DNA from: Anaerolineae bacterium
GTDB lineage: Bacteria; Chloroflexota; Anaerolineae; Aggregatilineales; UBA3940
DNA: 64,000 nucleotides
Direction of reading: 5' to 3'
Assembly: GCA_034435015.1 (NCBI GenBank)
Contig: DAOTYH010000052.1
Span: forward strand, 2,835-66,834
Numbering within the stretch: the stretch's first letter is position 1; every line of letters starts with the position of its first letter. Below the pieces are notes generated by a model. It did not search any database. It had not been told where the DNA came from and worked only from the letters and a program-made list of their open reading frames with translations. Positions 43,601 through 52,895 of the stretch are shown piece after piece. The translations under genes were made by a program, and so were the position numbers.

Positions 43601-44755
43601 TTAGATCGGTTTCAGGACGCGGTCTTCGCGCAGCCGCTTGGTCAGCAGATACGAATTGGGCGGCATGGATTCTTCAGCGGCCTGCCGCCAGTCAGGGACA
43701 CGCCCCAGATCGGCGGGGGTACGCCGTTCGTAGTCCAGCGCTTCGATGGCCTTAGATACCGGCTCAGGTGTGTTGTTGGCTAGAAACACGAGAGCGATCT
43801 CTGCCTGCAGGTCGCTGGCGGCCTTCTCGATGCTCTCCATCAGGCCGCGTACCACCGCGTTGGCCGGGGCGCCCGGCAGGAGGAGGAACTCATCTACCCG
43901 CGCGATCAGGTTCTCTACCTGAAGCCCTGCCAGCCCGATCAACTGATCATTTGCCAGGGCCATCATGTAGGCCTTTTGGCCAAAACGATCAATGACGTTG
44001 GTACGTGTCAGCGAGCCGCCCTGCATCTTGTTGAGGAAGGCGGCGATCATCTCAGCCTGTTTGGGGCCGCCGCGCTGGATGGTGATAGCGGCCTCCCCAG
44101 GCAGGGACACCGTTGAGACCTGAGGGGCAGGTTCGGGAGGAGCTTCTTTGACGCCCAGCAGAGCGTTGAGATGCCGCTGAACTTGTTCTAGTGTGGTCTC
44201 GTAGCCGCCCGTGTTGTTGATGATGACTTGCGCCCTGGCGAGCTTGTCGGACTGGGGCGCCTGAGCGGCTATCCGCATCCGGGCATCTGCTTCGCCGAGC
44301 TTGCGGTCGCGCATCAGGCGGCGTAATTGGACATCCGGAGGGGCATCAACCACCCAGATCGTGTCACAGTCCTTGGCAATGCCGGACTCGAACAGCTTAA
44401 TGGCCTCAATGGCGATCACCCGCTGTTTAGCCCGCCGGACAAGCAGATCGATCACCTCCAGCACAATAGGGTGGACGATTGCCTCCAGCCGCGCCATTGC
44501 ATCAGGGTCGGTGAAGACAATCTTACCCAGCTTTTCACGGTCAATCTGCCAATCGGGGGTCAGAATCCAGCGGCCAAAGGTATCCACAATGGGCTGGTAT
44601 GCCGGTGCACCCGGTGACATGGCTCGGTGGGCGAGGCCGTCTGCGTCAATGCCGAAAGCGCCCAGATGTTCCAGCATGCGTCGTACAAGGCTTTTCCCTG
44701 TTGCGATGTTTCCCGTCAGTCCGATGACAATTTTTCCGGGCCAGCGGTTGCTCAC
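43601..44755 (-). CDS. coaE: dephospho-CoA kinase with a C-terminal extension of about 180 aa
   Basis: P-loop IGLTGNIATGKS and CoaE core ..AIEAIKLFESG....IWVVDAP..QL.RLM.R. in the first 200 aa or so. Residues from about 205 to 384 form an extra domain with an acetyltransferase-like alternation of strands and helices. Confidence 0.8.
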   Translation of the reverse strand: MSNRWPGKIVIGLTGNIATGKSLVRRMLEHLGAFGIDADGLAHRAMSPGAPAYQPIVDTFGRWILTPDWQIDREKLGKIVFTDPDAMARLEAIVHPIVLEVIDLLVRRAKQRVIAIEAIKLFESGIAKDCDTIWVVDAPPDVQLRRLMRDRKLGEADARMRIAAQAPQSDKLARAQVIINNTGGYETTLEQVQRHLNALLGVKEAPPEPAPQVSTVSLPGEAAITIQRGGPKQAEMIAAFLNKMQGGSLTRTNVIDRFGQKAYMMALANDQLIGLAGLQVENLIARVDEFLLLPGAPANAVVRGLMESIEKAASDLQAEIALVFLANNTPEPVSKAIEALDYERRTPADLGRVPDWRQAAEESMPPNSYLLTKRLREDRVLKPI

Positions 44756-44848
44756 GGCCCCCTCCCAGCGATGATGTAAAGAAGATCACGGATGATATAA
44801 AACATCTGGCGGGTATTCTAGCCCCGCCCCAGTTATGCGTCAAGCGGT

Positions 44849-44879
44849 GCGAGCAGGTGGAAACCTGCCCGCCCTTTTT
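44849..44879 (+). terminator. terminator-like hairpin inside the 5' leader of the OsmC-family gene
   Basis: GCGAGCAGGT, loop GGAA, ACCTGCCCGC (10 bp, one mismatch), followed by CCTTTTTG. There is no upstream plus-strand gene to terminate. It lies about 100 nt before ATG 44983. Confidence 0.4.
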
Positions 44880-44982
44880 GCTCCTCCATGCAACTATCGG
44901 GTGTATTGTGCATCTAAAAACCTGAATGGGAAAGTGAAACCCGGCCATAAACCGGGGTGACAACTCTAAGTATCAGGAAGGA

Positions 44983-45384
44983 ATGAGCACAATGCGATCG
45001 GAAATGGAAATCGTTTTTCCCGGCGGGGCGCGTGTAGATGCTGTGGCCAACGGTATGGTGATCACGACCAATCAGGACGGCACAGCGCCGGCCCCCTTTG
45101 GGCTTTTTCTGGCCTCAATCGGCACTTGCGCTGGGATATATGTGCTGAGCTTCTGCAAACAACGCGGCCTGCCTGCTGACAACATCCGGATCATCCAGCG
45201 GATGGACATGAATCCTGTTACACATATGATCGAACATATCGAGCTGGATATTCAACTGCCTCCCGACTTTCCGGAGCAGTATAAAGAGGCTGTCGTGCGT
45301 TCAGCCGAACTGTGCGCCGTCAAGAAGCATCTTGAAAATCCCCCTGCCTTTGATGTGCATGTATCTGTGCTTCAGACGGCTTAA
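44983..45384 (+). CDS. OsmC/Ohr-family (peroxiredoxin-like) protein
   Basis: 133 aa with the two family cysteines in ..SIGTCAGI.. and ..AELCAVKKH... AGGAAGGA RBS. Confidence 0.7.
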   Translation: MSTMRSEMEIVFPGGARVDAVANGMVITTNQDGTAPAPFGLFLASIGTCAGIYVLSFCKQRGLPADNIRIIQRMDMNPVTHMIEHIELDIQLPPDFPEQYKEAVVRSAELCAVKKHLENPPAFDVHVSVLQTA

Positions 45385-45433
45385 CCCTTCTTTTGGGGGC
45401 AGGCAAATGGGGACAGGCGAACCAGCCTGCCCC

Positions 45434-46414
45434 TTACTGTTCATAGCGGGGGTAGGCGGCGATCACAACAGGCAATGGCACGTAAGAGGGGATAAAGGCT
45501 CCCCCGCCCGGCAATGCGGCTATCAGCCCGCTAGATCGCCCGCCGTCCAGATTAAGCGCGACCTCAAGGTTCAGGCCTGACGCGGCCAGCCAGTGTGATA
45601 ACTCATAGAGCGAGAAAATCGGCAGGTCGCTCAACAGGACAACTACTCTCCCCTGTGTATCCAGCGCAATGACAGTGCGGCGGGCACGCTCGCCGGTCTC
45701 GGTCAAGTAGGTGGGCTGGCCGCCCGGCAACAGCAGGATAGGGTAAGACTCGACCGCCTGATCAAAGCGCATCCCGCGCGGGTTGTAATTCCCTCTTCCC
45801 AGTACGTGAATCTGTACTTCATCCTCTAGGACGGTGAACAGCCCGGCTACGCCGATAGTCCGTTCACCGTAGTTAAGCGGCGCACCGTATAATGTGCCAT
45901 CCGACACGATCCTCCCAACAGGTGTTCCCTCACCAGAGAAGAAGCCTCCGTTGAAAAGAATCGGGGCACCGGTGAGGGCCTGCCATTCATCTATCATGTG
46001 AGGCTCACGGCGGTCATAGTGGACCTGAAAGACCATCTGGTCTGGGTCGATCCGCAGAGCATAGACGTAGGAAAGCACCTCTGCGCCCGGGGTAGGGGCT
46101 GTAAGATAGGTCTGGCTGACTCCGGCCCGCAGTGTCTGCCACACCGGCGGAGTTGGCGTCAGGGTTGGCGTGCGGGTGTAGGTAGGAGTTAAGGGAGTGG
46201 AAGTAGAAGTCGGGCTGGTCGCTGGGGCGGGAGTAGAGGTTGTGGTCGCTGTAGGGGCAAGCGGGGACTGGGTAGGGGCTGGTATGGCGGGCGGCGCTGT
46301 CGGGTCGGCCCCGTGCGGGGGGCGGGTACAGCCTGCCAGCAACAGGAGAGCCATGAAAGAGAGAAAAAAATGTTTCTTCACCTGACTTGCCCGTGTTGAC
46401 TGAACGTCATACAA
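45434..46414 (-). CDS. secreted phosphodiester glycosidase-family (DUF2233) protein with a Pro/Thr linker
   Basis: Lipobox LLAGCT and a PT-rich linker. The C-terminal domain carries ..PILFNGGFF.. and ..ALNLDGGRSSG.., as in DUF2233/NAGPA-like proteins. Confidence 0.55.
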   Translation of the reverse strand: MYDVQSTRASQVKKHFFLSFMALLLLAGCTRPPHGADPTAPPAIPAPTQSPLAPTATTTSTPAPATSPTSTSTPLTPTYTRTPTLTPTPPVWQTLRAGVSQTYLTAPTPGAEVLSYVYALRIDPDQMVFQVHYDRREPHMIDEWQALTGAPILFNGGFFSGEGTPVGRIVSDGTLYGAPLNYGERTIGVAGLFTVLEDEVQIHVLGRGNYNPRGMRFDQAVESYPILLLPGGQPTYLTETGERARRTVIALDTQGRVVVLLSDLPIFSLYELSHWLAASGLNLEVALNLDGGRSSGLIAALPGGGAFIPSYVPLPVVIAAYPRYEQ

Positions 46415-46510
46415 TCACACAAGGGAGGGGGGTGTTTCGGGCACACTTGCAGTTTCGTATAACTCGTTGCATAATCTCAACACGACCTATTCCTACCCCA
46501 GTGGTATGTA

Positions 46511-49500
46511 ATGGCAGAGATCAGTCTTCGGGCTTACATAGAGTATATTCAAAATCGCCTGAACCAAGATGCCCTGACCGAGGTTGTGGCCCAGTGCCGT
46601 CATGTTCTTGAATCCTACCCCAAGTGCGTCGAGGTGTACAAGCTCCTGGCCCGTGCGCTGGTTCAGCAACAGGAATATCAGGACGCGCTTGACCTGTTCC
46701 AGCGTGTTTTAAGTGTTGACCCCAACGACTTCATCGCTCATGTTGGCATCAGTGACTGCTACCGCGAGACAGGCGCCATCGCGGAGGCGATCTGGCATCT
46801 TGAGCGTGCCTTTGAGCAAGTTCCCAGCAATCAGGACCTTCAGGACGAGATCAAGAAGCTGTACGTCCAACGCGGAGAAAAGCCGCCCCGTAAGATTCAG
46901 TTAACGGGCGGGGCGCTGGCCCGTCTGTACGTCAAAGGCAAACTCTATCCGCAGGCTATTCAGGAGTTAAACAAGGCTATCAACCGTGATCCTGAGCGCT
47001 TGGATTTGCAGGTTCTTCTGGCTGATGTGCTGTGGAACGCCCATCAGGAAGTTCAGGCCGGTAAGGTTGCGGCTGAGGTTCTTAAGCGTCTCCCTTACAG
47101 CGTTGATGCCAATCGTATTCTGGCCCAGCTATGGCTGAAGGCCGGACAACCTGCTGAGGCTCGTCCCTTCCTTGAGCGCGTCAAGGAGGTTGACCCTTAT
47201 CTGGGGTATCAGCTTGAACACAACGGCCAGAACGCGCCGGTGGATATGTTCCGCCTGATGATGCTGGACTTCGCGGCGGAGCGGTATGCGGCTGTCGGTG
47301 CGGCGGACTGGGTTTCACAAATTGGGGCAATTGAGAAGAAAGAAGGCGTTACAGGCCCTCTAAAGCCCAAATCCGGCCCTCTCCGTGCCACCGCTGATGC
47401 GCTTGCCTCTAGGGCGGCGGCTGAGCCTCTTCCTGAACCTGCCGCTGTCCCCTCGTGGTTGCAGGAGGTCTTCGGCCCGCCGGAGGGAGTGCCCCCGCCG
47501 CAGGAACAAGAGGCCGGCCTGCCCTCAGAACCGGGGAAGGTCTCTGCGCCCAGCCCCGAAGAGCCTGAATGGCTCCGTGAGGCTCTGGGCGAGGTCAAAG
47601 CGCCCGCCCCTCCAGAACCTGCCCCTGAGGGCCTGTCAGAGGAGAAGCCGGACTGGCTGAAGGAGGTCTTGGGCGAGACTGCGCCGCCTCCAGCGCCTGT
47701 GGGGCTGAGTCCTGTGGAATCTGCTCCTGCGCCTGACTGGCTGGCAGAGGTTCTCAATGAGGAGACACCTGCCCCTGCCCCGGTCGAGATGAAGAGTCAA
47801 CAGCCCGCCGAGGTCAAGGAGCGCGATGTGCCTGAGTGGCTGGATGAGATTTTAGAGCAAGGTCCAGCCCCCCTGCCTGCGAAGCAGGAAGAGGAGCCAG
47901 CTCCGGCTGTTGTCTCAGACGACTGGCTGGAACAGATTCTCTCCAGCGGGACGCCCGCCATAGTTGAGGCTGAGGAAGAGGCTGTCCCCTCTGCGGACGC
48001 AAAACTCCCCGGTTGGCTGGGGGAGATAACTGCACCGGCTGTTGCTCCTTCTGGAGCAGTTGAGTTACCGAGTGAATGGGGTGACCTAGAAACATGGGAC
48101 ACTCCGCCATTGGCAGTCGAAAGAGTTGAAGCACCGAAACCTAGCGAAGGCGAGGCAATGCCTGACTGGTTGCAGGCAGGGTCTGTTCAACCTCAGGGTA
48201 CGGCATCGGCGCTTCAGGAGGAAAAACACGTGGTACCACCAACTGGCGACGAAGAGATTCCCGATTGGCTGGCGGAAGGCGATCTAGATAGCGACGAGGC
48301 GATGGCTTGGCTGGAGGAGATTGCGGCCAAATACGATCCCACCTTTAAGGGGGAAACAGCCGAGAAGGAAGCCGCCGCCGCTCCAGCCCCATCCTCCGCT
48401 GAAGGGGAGGGCTTGCCAGACTGGCTGGTCGAAGAAACGCCGTCCAAGCCTGCACCGGAGCCTGCTCTACCTGTAGCGGAGCCTGCTCCGGCGGCAGAGG
48501 AATTACCAGACTGGCTGGTTGAAGAAGCGCCGTCCAAGCCCGCACCAGAGCCTGCGCCGGCCAAGGCAGAAGGCTTACCGGACTGGCTGAAGGCCGAAGC
48601 TCCACCGGAGCCTGCGCCGGCCAAGGCAGAAGGCTTACCGGACTGGCTGAAGGCCGAAGCTCCATCGGAGCCTATGCCGGCCAAGGCAGAGGGCCTGCCG
48701 GACTGGCTGAAGGCCGAAGCTCCGCCCGAACCTGCGCCGGCCAAGGCAGAAGGCTTACCGGACTGGCTGAAGGCCGAAGCTCCGCCGGAGCCTGCGCCGG
48801 CCAAGGCAGAGGCCTTGCCGGACTGGCTGAAGGCTGAAGCTCCAGAGCCGGCTGGCGAGGAATTAGACTGGTTGCGTAAGCCGCTGGAGGAACTGCCAGC
48901 CGCCGAGCCTGCTGAAGAACTGCCAAGCTGGTTGCTTGGCGAGGAGGAAAAGCCCTCACCGGCTGTAACCGAGCTGAAAGGTGAGGAGGCGCTCTCATGG
49001 CTTGACCGGCAGGTCGAGGCTCAGGGAGTCAGCCCAGAGGCTGTGATCTCTGAGGCATTGGCCCCTGAGAAGCTGCCGGTCGGGCCAGCCGTCGTGCCTC
49101 CGCCGGACGCTAAGGCTGAGCCGATTTCGGAAGAGGAACTGCCCGACTGGCTGAAGGGCGCAGGCGTCGAAGAGGAGATGGCGAAGGCTCTTGAAGCGCC
49201 GACTGCTGTCTCTGAGATGGCCGGGCTGGAACTGCCGGTTGAGAAAGAAGAACTGGAATGGTTGAATGCGGCCTTAAAGGCTGAGGAGGCTCCCGCTCTG
49301 AAGGCAGAGGAGGAAGAGGAGGAAGAGCTTCCGTCGTGGCTGAAGGCGCCGGTCGAGGAAGCACCCGCTCCTGCTCCCGCTCTGAAGGCAGAGGAGGAGG
49401 AAGAGCTTCCGTCGTGGCTGAAGGCGCCGGTTGAGGAAGCACCCGCTCCTGCTCCCGCTCTGAAGGCAGAGGAGGAAGAGGAAGAAGAGCTTCCGTCGTG

Positions 49501-50290
49501 GCTGAAGGCGCCGGTTGAGGAAGCACCCGCTCCTGCTCCCGCTCTGAAGGCGGAGGAGGAAGAGGAAGAAGAGCTTCCGTCATGGCTGAAGGCGCCGGTT
49601 GAGGAAGCGCCTGCCCCTGCCCTGAAGGCGGAGGAGGAAGAGGAGGAAGAGCTTCCGTCGTGGCTGAAGGCGCCGGTTGAGGAAGCGCCTGCCCCTGCCC
49701 TGAAGGCAGAGGAGGAAGAAGAGCTTCCGTCATGGCTGAAGGCGCCGGTTGAGGAAGCGCCTGCCCCGGCTCCGGCAGTCCCTGCGCCGCCGCCAGCCGT
49801 TGAGGAAGTGCCGCTCCCATCGTGGTTACAGGCTCCAGCAGAGCCGGTTGATGCAGGCCTAGAGGAGTTTCTCAAGACGACTGCCCCGGCCGCACCCCCT
49901 GCTCCTGAGCCGGCTATGCCGCCTGCTCCTGCCCCAGCCGTGCCGCCGGTGTCGAAGCCGGAGCCTGTGTCTGCGCCTGCGCCTGCCCCTGCCCCTGTTG
50001 CACCTCCAACACCTGTGGCGGCTGGGGAGGCTCTCCCTCAGCTTCAGACAGCACGTCAGCACCTGTCAGCCAACGAGATTGACGCGGCCCTTCAGGTCTA
50101 TGAGAGGCTGGTGGCGGGCGGCCAGTTGTTGGATGAGACCGCCCGTGACCTGAACGGCCTGCTCAAGTCGCTTGGGCCGCGTGCCAAGGCTGGGCCGCGT
50201 GTGCGCCGCCTGCTGGGCGATACCTTCATGGCTCAGGGCAAGTTGCAGGAAGCGTTGGAGATGTACCGTACCGCCCTGGACCAGTTGTAG
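46511..50290 (+). CDS. TPR-repeat protein with an acidic/proline-rich central region of about 900 aa carrying about 29 [LV]P[DSE]WL motifs
   Basis: N-terminal TPR-like helices of about 250 aa (..[38 protein letters not shown]..). The C-terminal 80 aa or so are also TPR-like (..ALQVYERLV....[22 protein letters not shown]). The middle is low complexity with a reiterated xPxWL motif. Confidence 0.8.
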   Translation: MAEISLRAYIEYIQNRLNQDALTEVVAQCRHVLESYPKCVEVYKLLARALVQQQEYQDALDLFQRVLSVDPNDFIAHVGISDCYRETGAIAEAIWHLERAFEQVPSNQDLQDEIKKLYVQRGEKPPRKIQLTGGALARLYVKGKLYPQAIQELNKAINRDPERLDLQVLLADVLWNAHQEVQAGKVAAEVLKRLPYSVDANRILAQLWLKAGQPAEARPFLERVKEVDPYLGYQLEHNGQNAPVDMFRLMMLDFAAERYAAVGAADWVSQIGAIEKKEGVTGPLKPKSGPLRATADALASRAAAEPLPEPAAVPSWLQEVFGPPEGVPPPQEQEAGLPSEPGKVSAPSPEEPEWLREALGEVKAPAPPEPAPEGLSEEKPDWLKEVLGETAPPPAPVGLSPVESAPAPDWLAEVLNEETPAPAPVEMKSQQPAEVKERDVPEWLDEILEQGPAPLPAKQEEEPAPAVVSDDWLEQILSSGTPAIVEAEEEAVPSADAKLPGWLGEITAPAVAPSGAVELPSEWGDLETWDTPPLAVERVEAPKPSEGEAMPDWLQAGSVQPQGTASALQEEKHVVPPTGDEEIPDWLAEGDLDSDEAMAWLEEIAAKYDPTFKGETAEKEAAAAPAPSSAEGEGLPDWLVEETPSKPAPEPALPVAEPAPAAEELPDWLVEEAPSKPAPEPAPAKAEGLPDWLKAEAPPEPAPAKAEGLPDWLKAEAPSEPMPAKAEGLPDWLKAEAPPEPAPAKAEGLPDWLKAEAPPEPAPAKAEALPDWLKAEAPEPAGEELDWLRKPLEELPAAEPAEELPSWLLGEEEKPSPAVTELKGEEALSWLDRQVEAQGVSPEAVISEALAPEKLPVGPAVVPPPDAKAEPISEEELPDWLKGAGVEEEMAKALEAPTAVSEMAGLELPVEKEELEWLNAALKAEEAPALKAEEEEEEELPSWLKAPVEEAPAPAPALKAEEEEELPSWLKAPVEEAPAPAPALKAEEEEEEELPSWLKAPVEEAPAPAPALKAEEEEEEELPSWLKAPVEEAPAPALKAEEEEEEELPSWLKAPVEEAPAPALKAEEEEELPSWLKAPVEEAPAPAPAVPAPPPAVEEVPLPSWLQAPAEPVDAGLEEFLKTTAPAAPPAPEPAMPPAPAPAVPPVSKPEPVSAPAPAPAPVAPPTPVAAGEALPQLQTARQHLSANEIDAALQVYERLVAGGQLLDETARDLNGLLKSLGPRAKAGPRVRRLLGDTFMAQGKLQEALEMYRTALDQL
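48541..48840 (+). repeat. five tandem, near-identical 60-bp in-frame repeats
   Basis: The unit GCNCCNGAGCCTGCGCCGGCCAAGGCAGAAGGCTTACCGGACTGGCTGAAGGCCGAAGCT ([20 protein letters not shown]) repeats with only a few substitutions per copy. More diverged copies lie upstream from about 48400. Confidence 0.9.
49298..49775 (+). repeat. six tandem 78/84-bp in-frame repeats
   Basis: The unit encodes ALKAEEEEE(EE)[15 protein letters not shown](AP). Unit starts counted at about 49298, 49382, 49460, 49544, 49622 and 49700. Length variation comes from GAG/GAA and GCN-CCN codon gain or loss. Confidence 0.9.
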
Positions 50291-50409
50291 AAACACATCA
50301 CACCAGAGCAATTGACAGAGGCGGGTCATCACAGTGGCCCGCCTCTGCTGTGTGGACTCATCTGCCCTGCTGTTGCGAAACATCCGCAATCACATTCAGG
50401 AGGATCACT

Positions 50410-50862
50410 TTGGAGCGCACATTGGTTTTAGTCAAGCCCGATGGGGTTCAGCGTGGGCTGGTCGGCGAGGTGATCAGCCGTTTTGAGAGGCGCGGCCTGC
50501 GCCTGGCTGGAATGAAGTTCATGTGGATGAGCCGCGAGCTGGCGGCCCGTCACTATCATGAGCACGAGGGTAAACCCTTCTACGAGGGGCTGGTGAATTA
50601 CATTACATCGGGTCCCATTGTGGCGATGGTATGGGAAGGCAGACAGGCTATCGAAGTGGTACGCCAGACCATGGGCAAAACCAGACCCGCTGAGGCCGCG
50701 CCGGGGACTATCCGGGGTGATTTGGGGCTTGAGGTCGGGCGCAATGTCGTTCATGGTTCAGACGGCCCGGAGTCAGCCGCCTATGAGATCAGTCTGTTCT
50801 TCCGTGAGGATGAGCTGTTCTCGTGGAAGCGGGACATAGACCCGTGGGTCTTTGAAGGATAA
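50410..50862 (+). CDS. ndk: nucleoside-diphosphate kinase
   Basis: [25 protein letters not shown], ..[14 protein letters not shown].. and the active-site NVVHGSD. A TTG start at 50410 follows AGGAGGA. The ORF track extends to 50350. Confidence 0.9.
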   Translation: MERTLVLVKPDGVQRGLVGEVISRFERRGLRLAGMKFMWMSRELAARHYHEHEGKPFYEGLVNYITSGPIVAMVWEGRQAIEVVRQTMGKTRPAEAAPGTIRGDLGLEVGRNVVHGSDGPESAAYEISLFFREDELFSWKRDIDPWVFEG

Positions 50863-50884
50863 ACAGATAGTCCCCGTTAGGGAG

Positions 50885-50910
50885 GCAGGGGCGGCAACGC
50901 CCGCCCCTGC
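50885..50910. terminator. GC-rich hairpin between convergent ndk and rsfS
   Basis: GCAGGGGCGG, loop CAACGC, CCGCCCCTGC: perfect 10-bp stem. Confidence 0.45.
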
Positions 50911-50945
50911 GGGTATCGCCTGAACTGATCCGGCTGAGGTCTATG

Positions 50946-51323
50946 TCACTGCATCTTCAGCAGGACTGCGGCTTCATGCCACAATTCTTCGAGGTTGTAG
51001 TAAGCGCGCACACTGGGCGCAAAAATATGGACGATAATGTCCCCGTAGTCAATGAGTACCCAGCCGCCCTCCGCTTTGCCTTCCACGCGATAGGCGGGGA
51101 CTTGGTGATTCTGCTTGACTGCTTCGGTGATCCCCTCGGAGATGGCTTTTAGCTGTCGTTCGCTGGTGCCGCTACAGATAATAAAGTAGTCTGCAATGAT
51201 AGTCTGCCGGCGGACATCCAGCAGAACAATATCCTCCCCTTTTTTGTCGGCGATCAGGTCAACAATATAGCGTGCCAGATCAACTGTTTCTATAGTTACC
51301 TTCTCCTTGCCTGTGCTTATCAT
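50946..51323 (-). CDS. rsfS: ribosome silencing factor RsfS (iojap family)
   Basis: ..KKGEDIVLLDVR....ADYFIICSGTSERQ..AI...I......EG...G.WVLIDYGDIIVHIF....R.YY.LE.LW. Confidence 0.85.
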   Translation of the reverse strand: MISTGKEKVTIETVDLARYIVDLIADKKGEDIVLLDVRRQTIIADYFIICSGTSERQLKAISEGITEAVKQNHQVPAYRVEGKAEGGWVLIDYGDIIVHIFAPSVRAYYNLEELWHEAAVLLKMQ

Positions 51324-51366
51324 CTATTATTTGCTCAGGCATTTTATCACGAGCCGTATCATGCTA

Positions 51367-51861
51367 TCAACCCGCCGCCCTGTTGTTCGGATGGTTGTGC
51401 GGGCTTCCCGTCCGCTCCCGAATGGCCTGCCAGTGTGATCCGGCCCAGTAAACCCGATGGCAGTCGGGGCAGGCTGAGAAATCCTTTTCGGTGCGCCAGA
51501 CATAAGGCGGCACCCGGCCCTGAGCCGCCTCATGGGAGAGCGGGATGAGGGGCACATTACAGATGGCGCAACGGGGTGTACGCGGCTCTGGCGGAGGGCC
51601 GGCCTGTGCCTTCACTTGCGCGATCTGCTCATCTAGTGCCTGACTGCGGATGAGGATTGTCTGTGTGCCGCGGCGCATGGACAGCTTGCGCGAGCGGGTC
51701 AAGATAACTCTCCCCTCCGCACGAGCCATCCGGATCAGGGCCAGGTCATCGGCGGTGGAGAGGAATGCCGCATCGTATCCCATCAACCGGAGCCAGCGGG
51801 CTAACCGTCCAAGGGTGGCGTCCGCCAAGAGAGGGGGAGCCGCAGAAGGGGAATCGGTCAT
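51367..51861 (-). CDS. Mut7-C (DUF82) PIN-like RNase-domain protein
   Basis: ..LGRLARWLRLMGYDA.., ..EGRVILTRSRKL.., and a C-terminal zinc ribbon CAICN....CPDCHRVYWAGSHW. The start overlaps the thpR stop. Confidence 0.7.
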   Translation of the reverse strand: MTDSPSAAPPLLADATLGRLARWLRLMGYDAAFLSTADDLALIRMARAEGRVILTRSRKLSMRRGTQTILIRSQALDEQIAQVKAQAGPPPEPRTPRCAICNVPLIPLSHEAAQGRVPPYVWRTEKDFSACPDCHRVYWAGSHWQAIRERTGSPHNHPNNRAAG

Positions 51862-52439
51862 AGCTTGACTTGATGAACCTCAGTATACACGGCGCCGTCG
51901 GGCTTCAACTGACTGCGCATCAGGCTGACAGCCTCAACACGCCAGCGCGCCGCCTGACCGATGTCTGTCTGCTCGGCAGCACGGCCCAGTACAGCGATCT
52001 CTTCGCGCCCGGCTTGGCGGGCAGTGCGGGCCAGCGTCAGGTGAGGGCTGAAGGTATCACGCTCTGTGGGGTAGCCGAGCGGCGCGATAAACTGCTCAAC
52101 AGCGGACTGTAGCGCACTCAGACGGGGCAGGTCGCCTCCTACCCCTGCCCACAGTACCCGCGGGCGCTGGGTGTTGGGGAAGCATCCCAGCCCCCGAATC
52201 TCCAACTCAAACGGACTGTGACCATCAGCCGCCTGCTCCAGCGCAGTTTTCAGGTCAGCCAGTTGACTGACCGGTACATCGCCCAGAAACTTGAGCGTCA
52301 GATGAATCCCCTCCGGCTGGACCCAACGGACAGCGCCAGAGGGGATGCTCCGCTTGAGGCTGGATTGGATGCGGGCGAGGGTAGTCAGCACGTTTTGGGG
52401 AAGCTCAAGCGCAACAAACAGACGCCATGCTTCGCTCAT
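51858..52439 (-). CDS. thpR: RNA 2',3'-cyclic phosphodiesterase (2H family, LigT/ThpR)
   Basis: Two H-x-T-x motifs: GIHLTLKFLG and SPHLTLART. Size is about 190 aa. Confidence 0.8.
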   Translation of the reverse strand: MSEAWRLFVALELPQNVLTTLARIQSSLKRSIPSGAVRWVQPEGIHLTLKFLGDVPVSQLADLKTALEQAADGHSPFELEIRGLGCFPNTQRPRVLWAGVGGDLPRLSALQSAVEQFIAPLGYPTERDTFSPHLTLARTARQAGREEIAVLGRAAEQTDIGQAARWRVEAVSLMRSQLKPDGAVYTEVHQVKL

Positions 52440-52586
52440 GTTTAATGCCTCGGAGGGGTAGAAATCTTAGCCGTTAGGGCGTAGTATAGCATACTGATCA
52501 GGCGGAGGACAGGTTGCGGGTTGTAGAAGTTTGAGAATGGTTAGGGTAGAATCTGGACTGCATAGCACTACCAGGAGAGAATAACC

Positions 52587-52889
52587 GTGAGCATACAGGA
52601 TAAAGTCTGGCACGTCTATGTGGGGCAGTCGTGGATCGGTACATTGACACCCACCAACGCCGATGCAAACTGGTATTATGCGACCTTCACCCCCGGTGAT
52701 GCATGGGGTAACTTTGCCCCGTGGTTTCAGAAAGCTGTAGAAGCCCATAAAGCAGGTGATGAAGCCGGCTGGCAACAGTGGTATTCGCAACTCACGACTA
52801 TGGGTGTTTCGATAGCCGCTGATGACGGGGAGAGCTATCAGAACCCCACTATCCACATTGACGGCGGGAATGCGTGGTTCGTGGTGTAA
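52587..52889 (+). CDS. hypothetical small Trp-rich protein
   Basis: GTG start preceded by AGGAGA. 100 aa with 9 Trp (..WHVYVGQSWIGTL..NWYYATF..AWGNFAPWF..GWQQWY..). Ends 6 nt before uvrC. No family recognised. Confidence 0.4.
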   Translation: MSIQDKVWHVYVGQSWIGTLTPTNADANWYYATFTPGDAWGNFAPWFQKAVEAHKAGDEAGWQQWYSQLTTMGVSIAADDGESYQNPTIHIDGGNAWFVV

Positions 52890-52895
52890 GAGGCC

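Noticed and set aside
48541-49775. Regularly spaced direct repeats that could superficially resemble a CRISPR array
   Set aside because: Units are contiguous with no unique spacers. They are in frame within a 1259-aa ORF, lack palindromic repeat structure, and no cas genes are present.
48214-49875. Long minus-strand ORFs (196, 284, 236 aa) rich in Ser/Gly/Ala across the TPR-gene repeats
   Set aside because: They are the mirror image of the GAA/GAG/GCN/CCN repeat units. The open frames are a by-product of stop-free low-complexity sequence, while the plus frame is continuous with the TPR domains.
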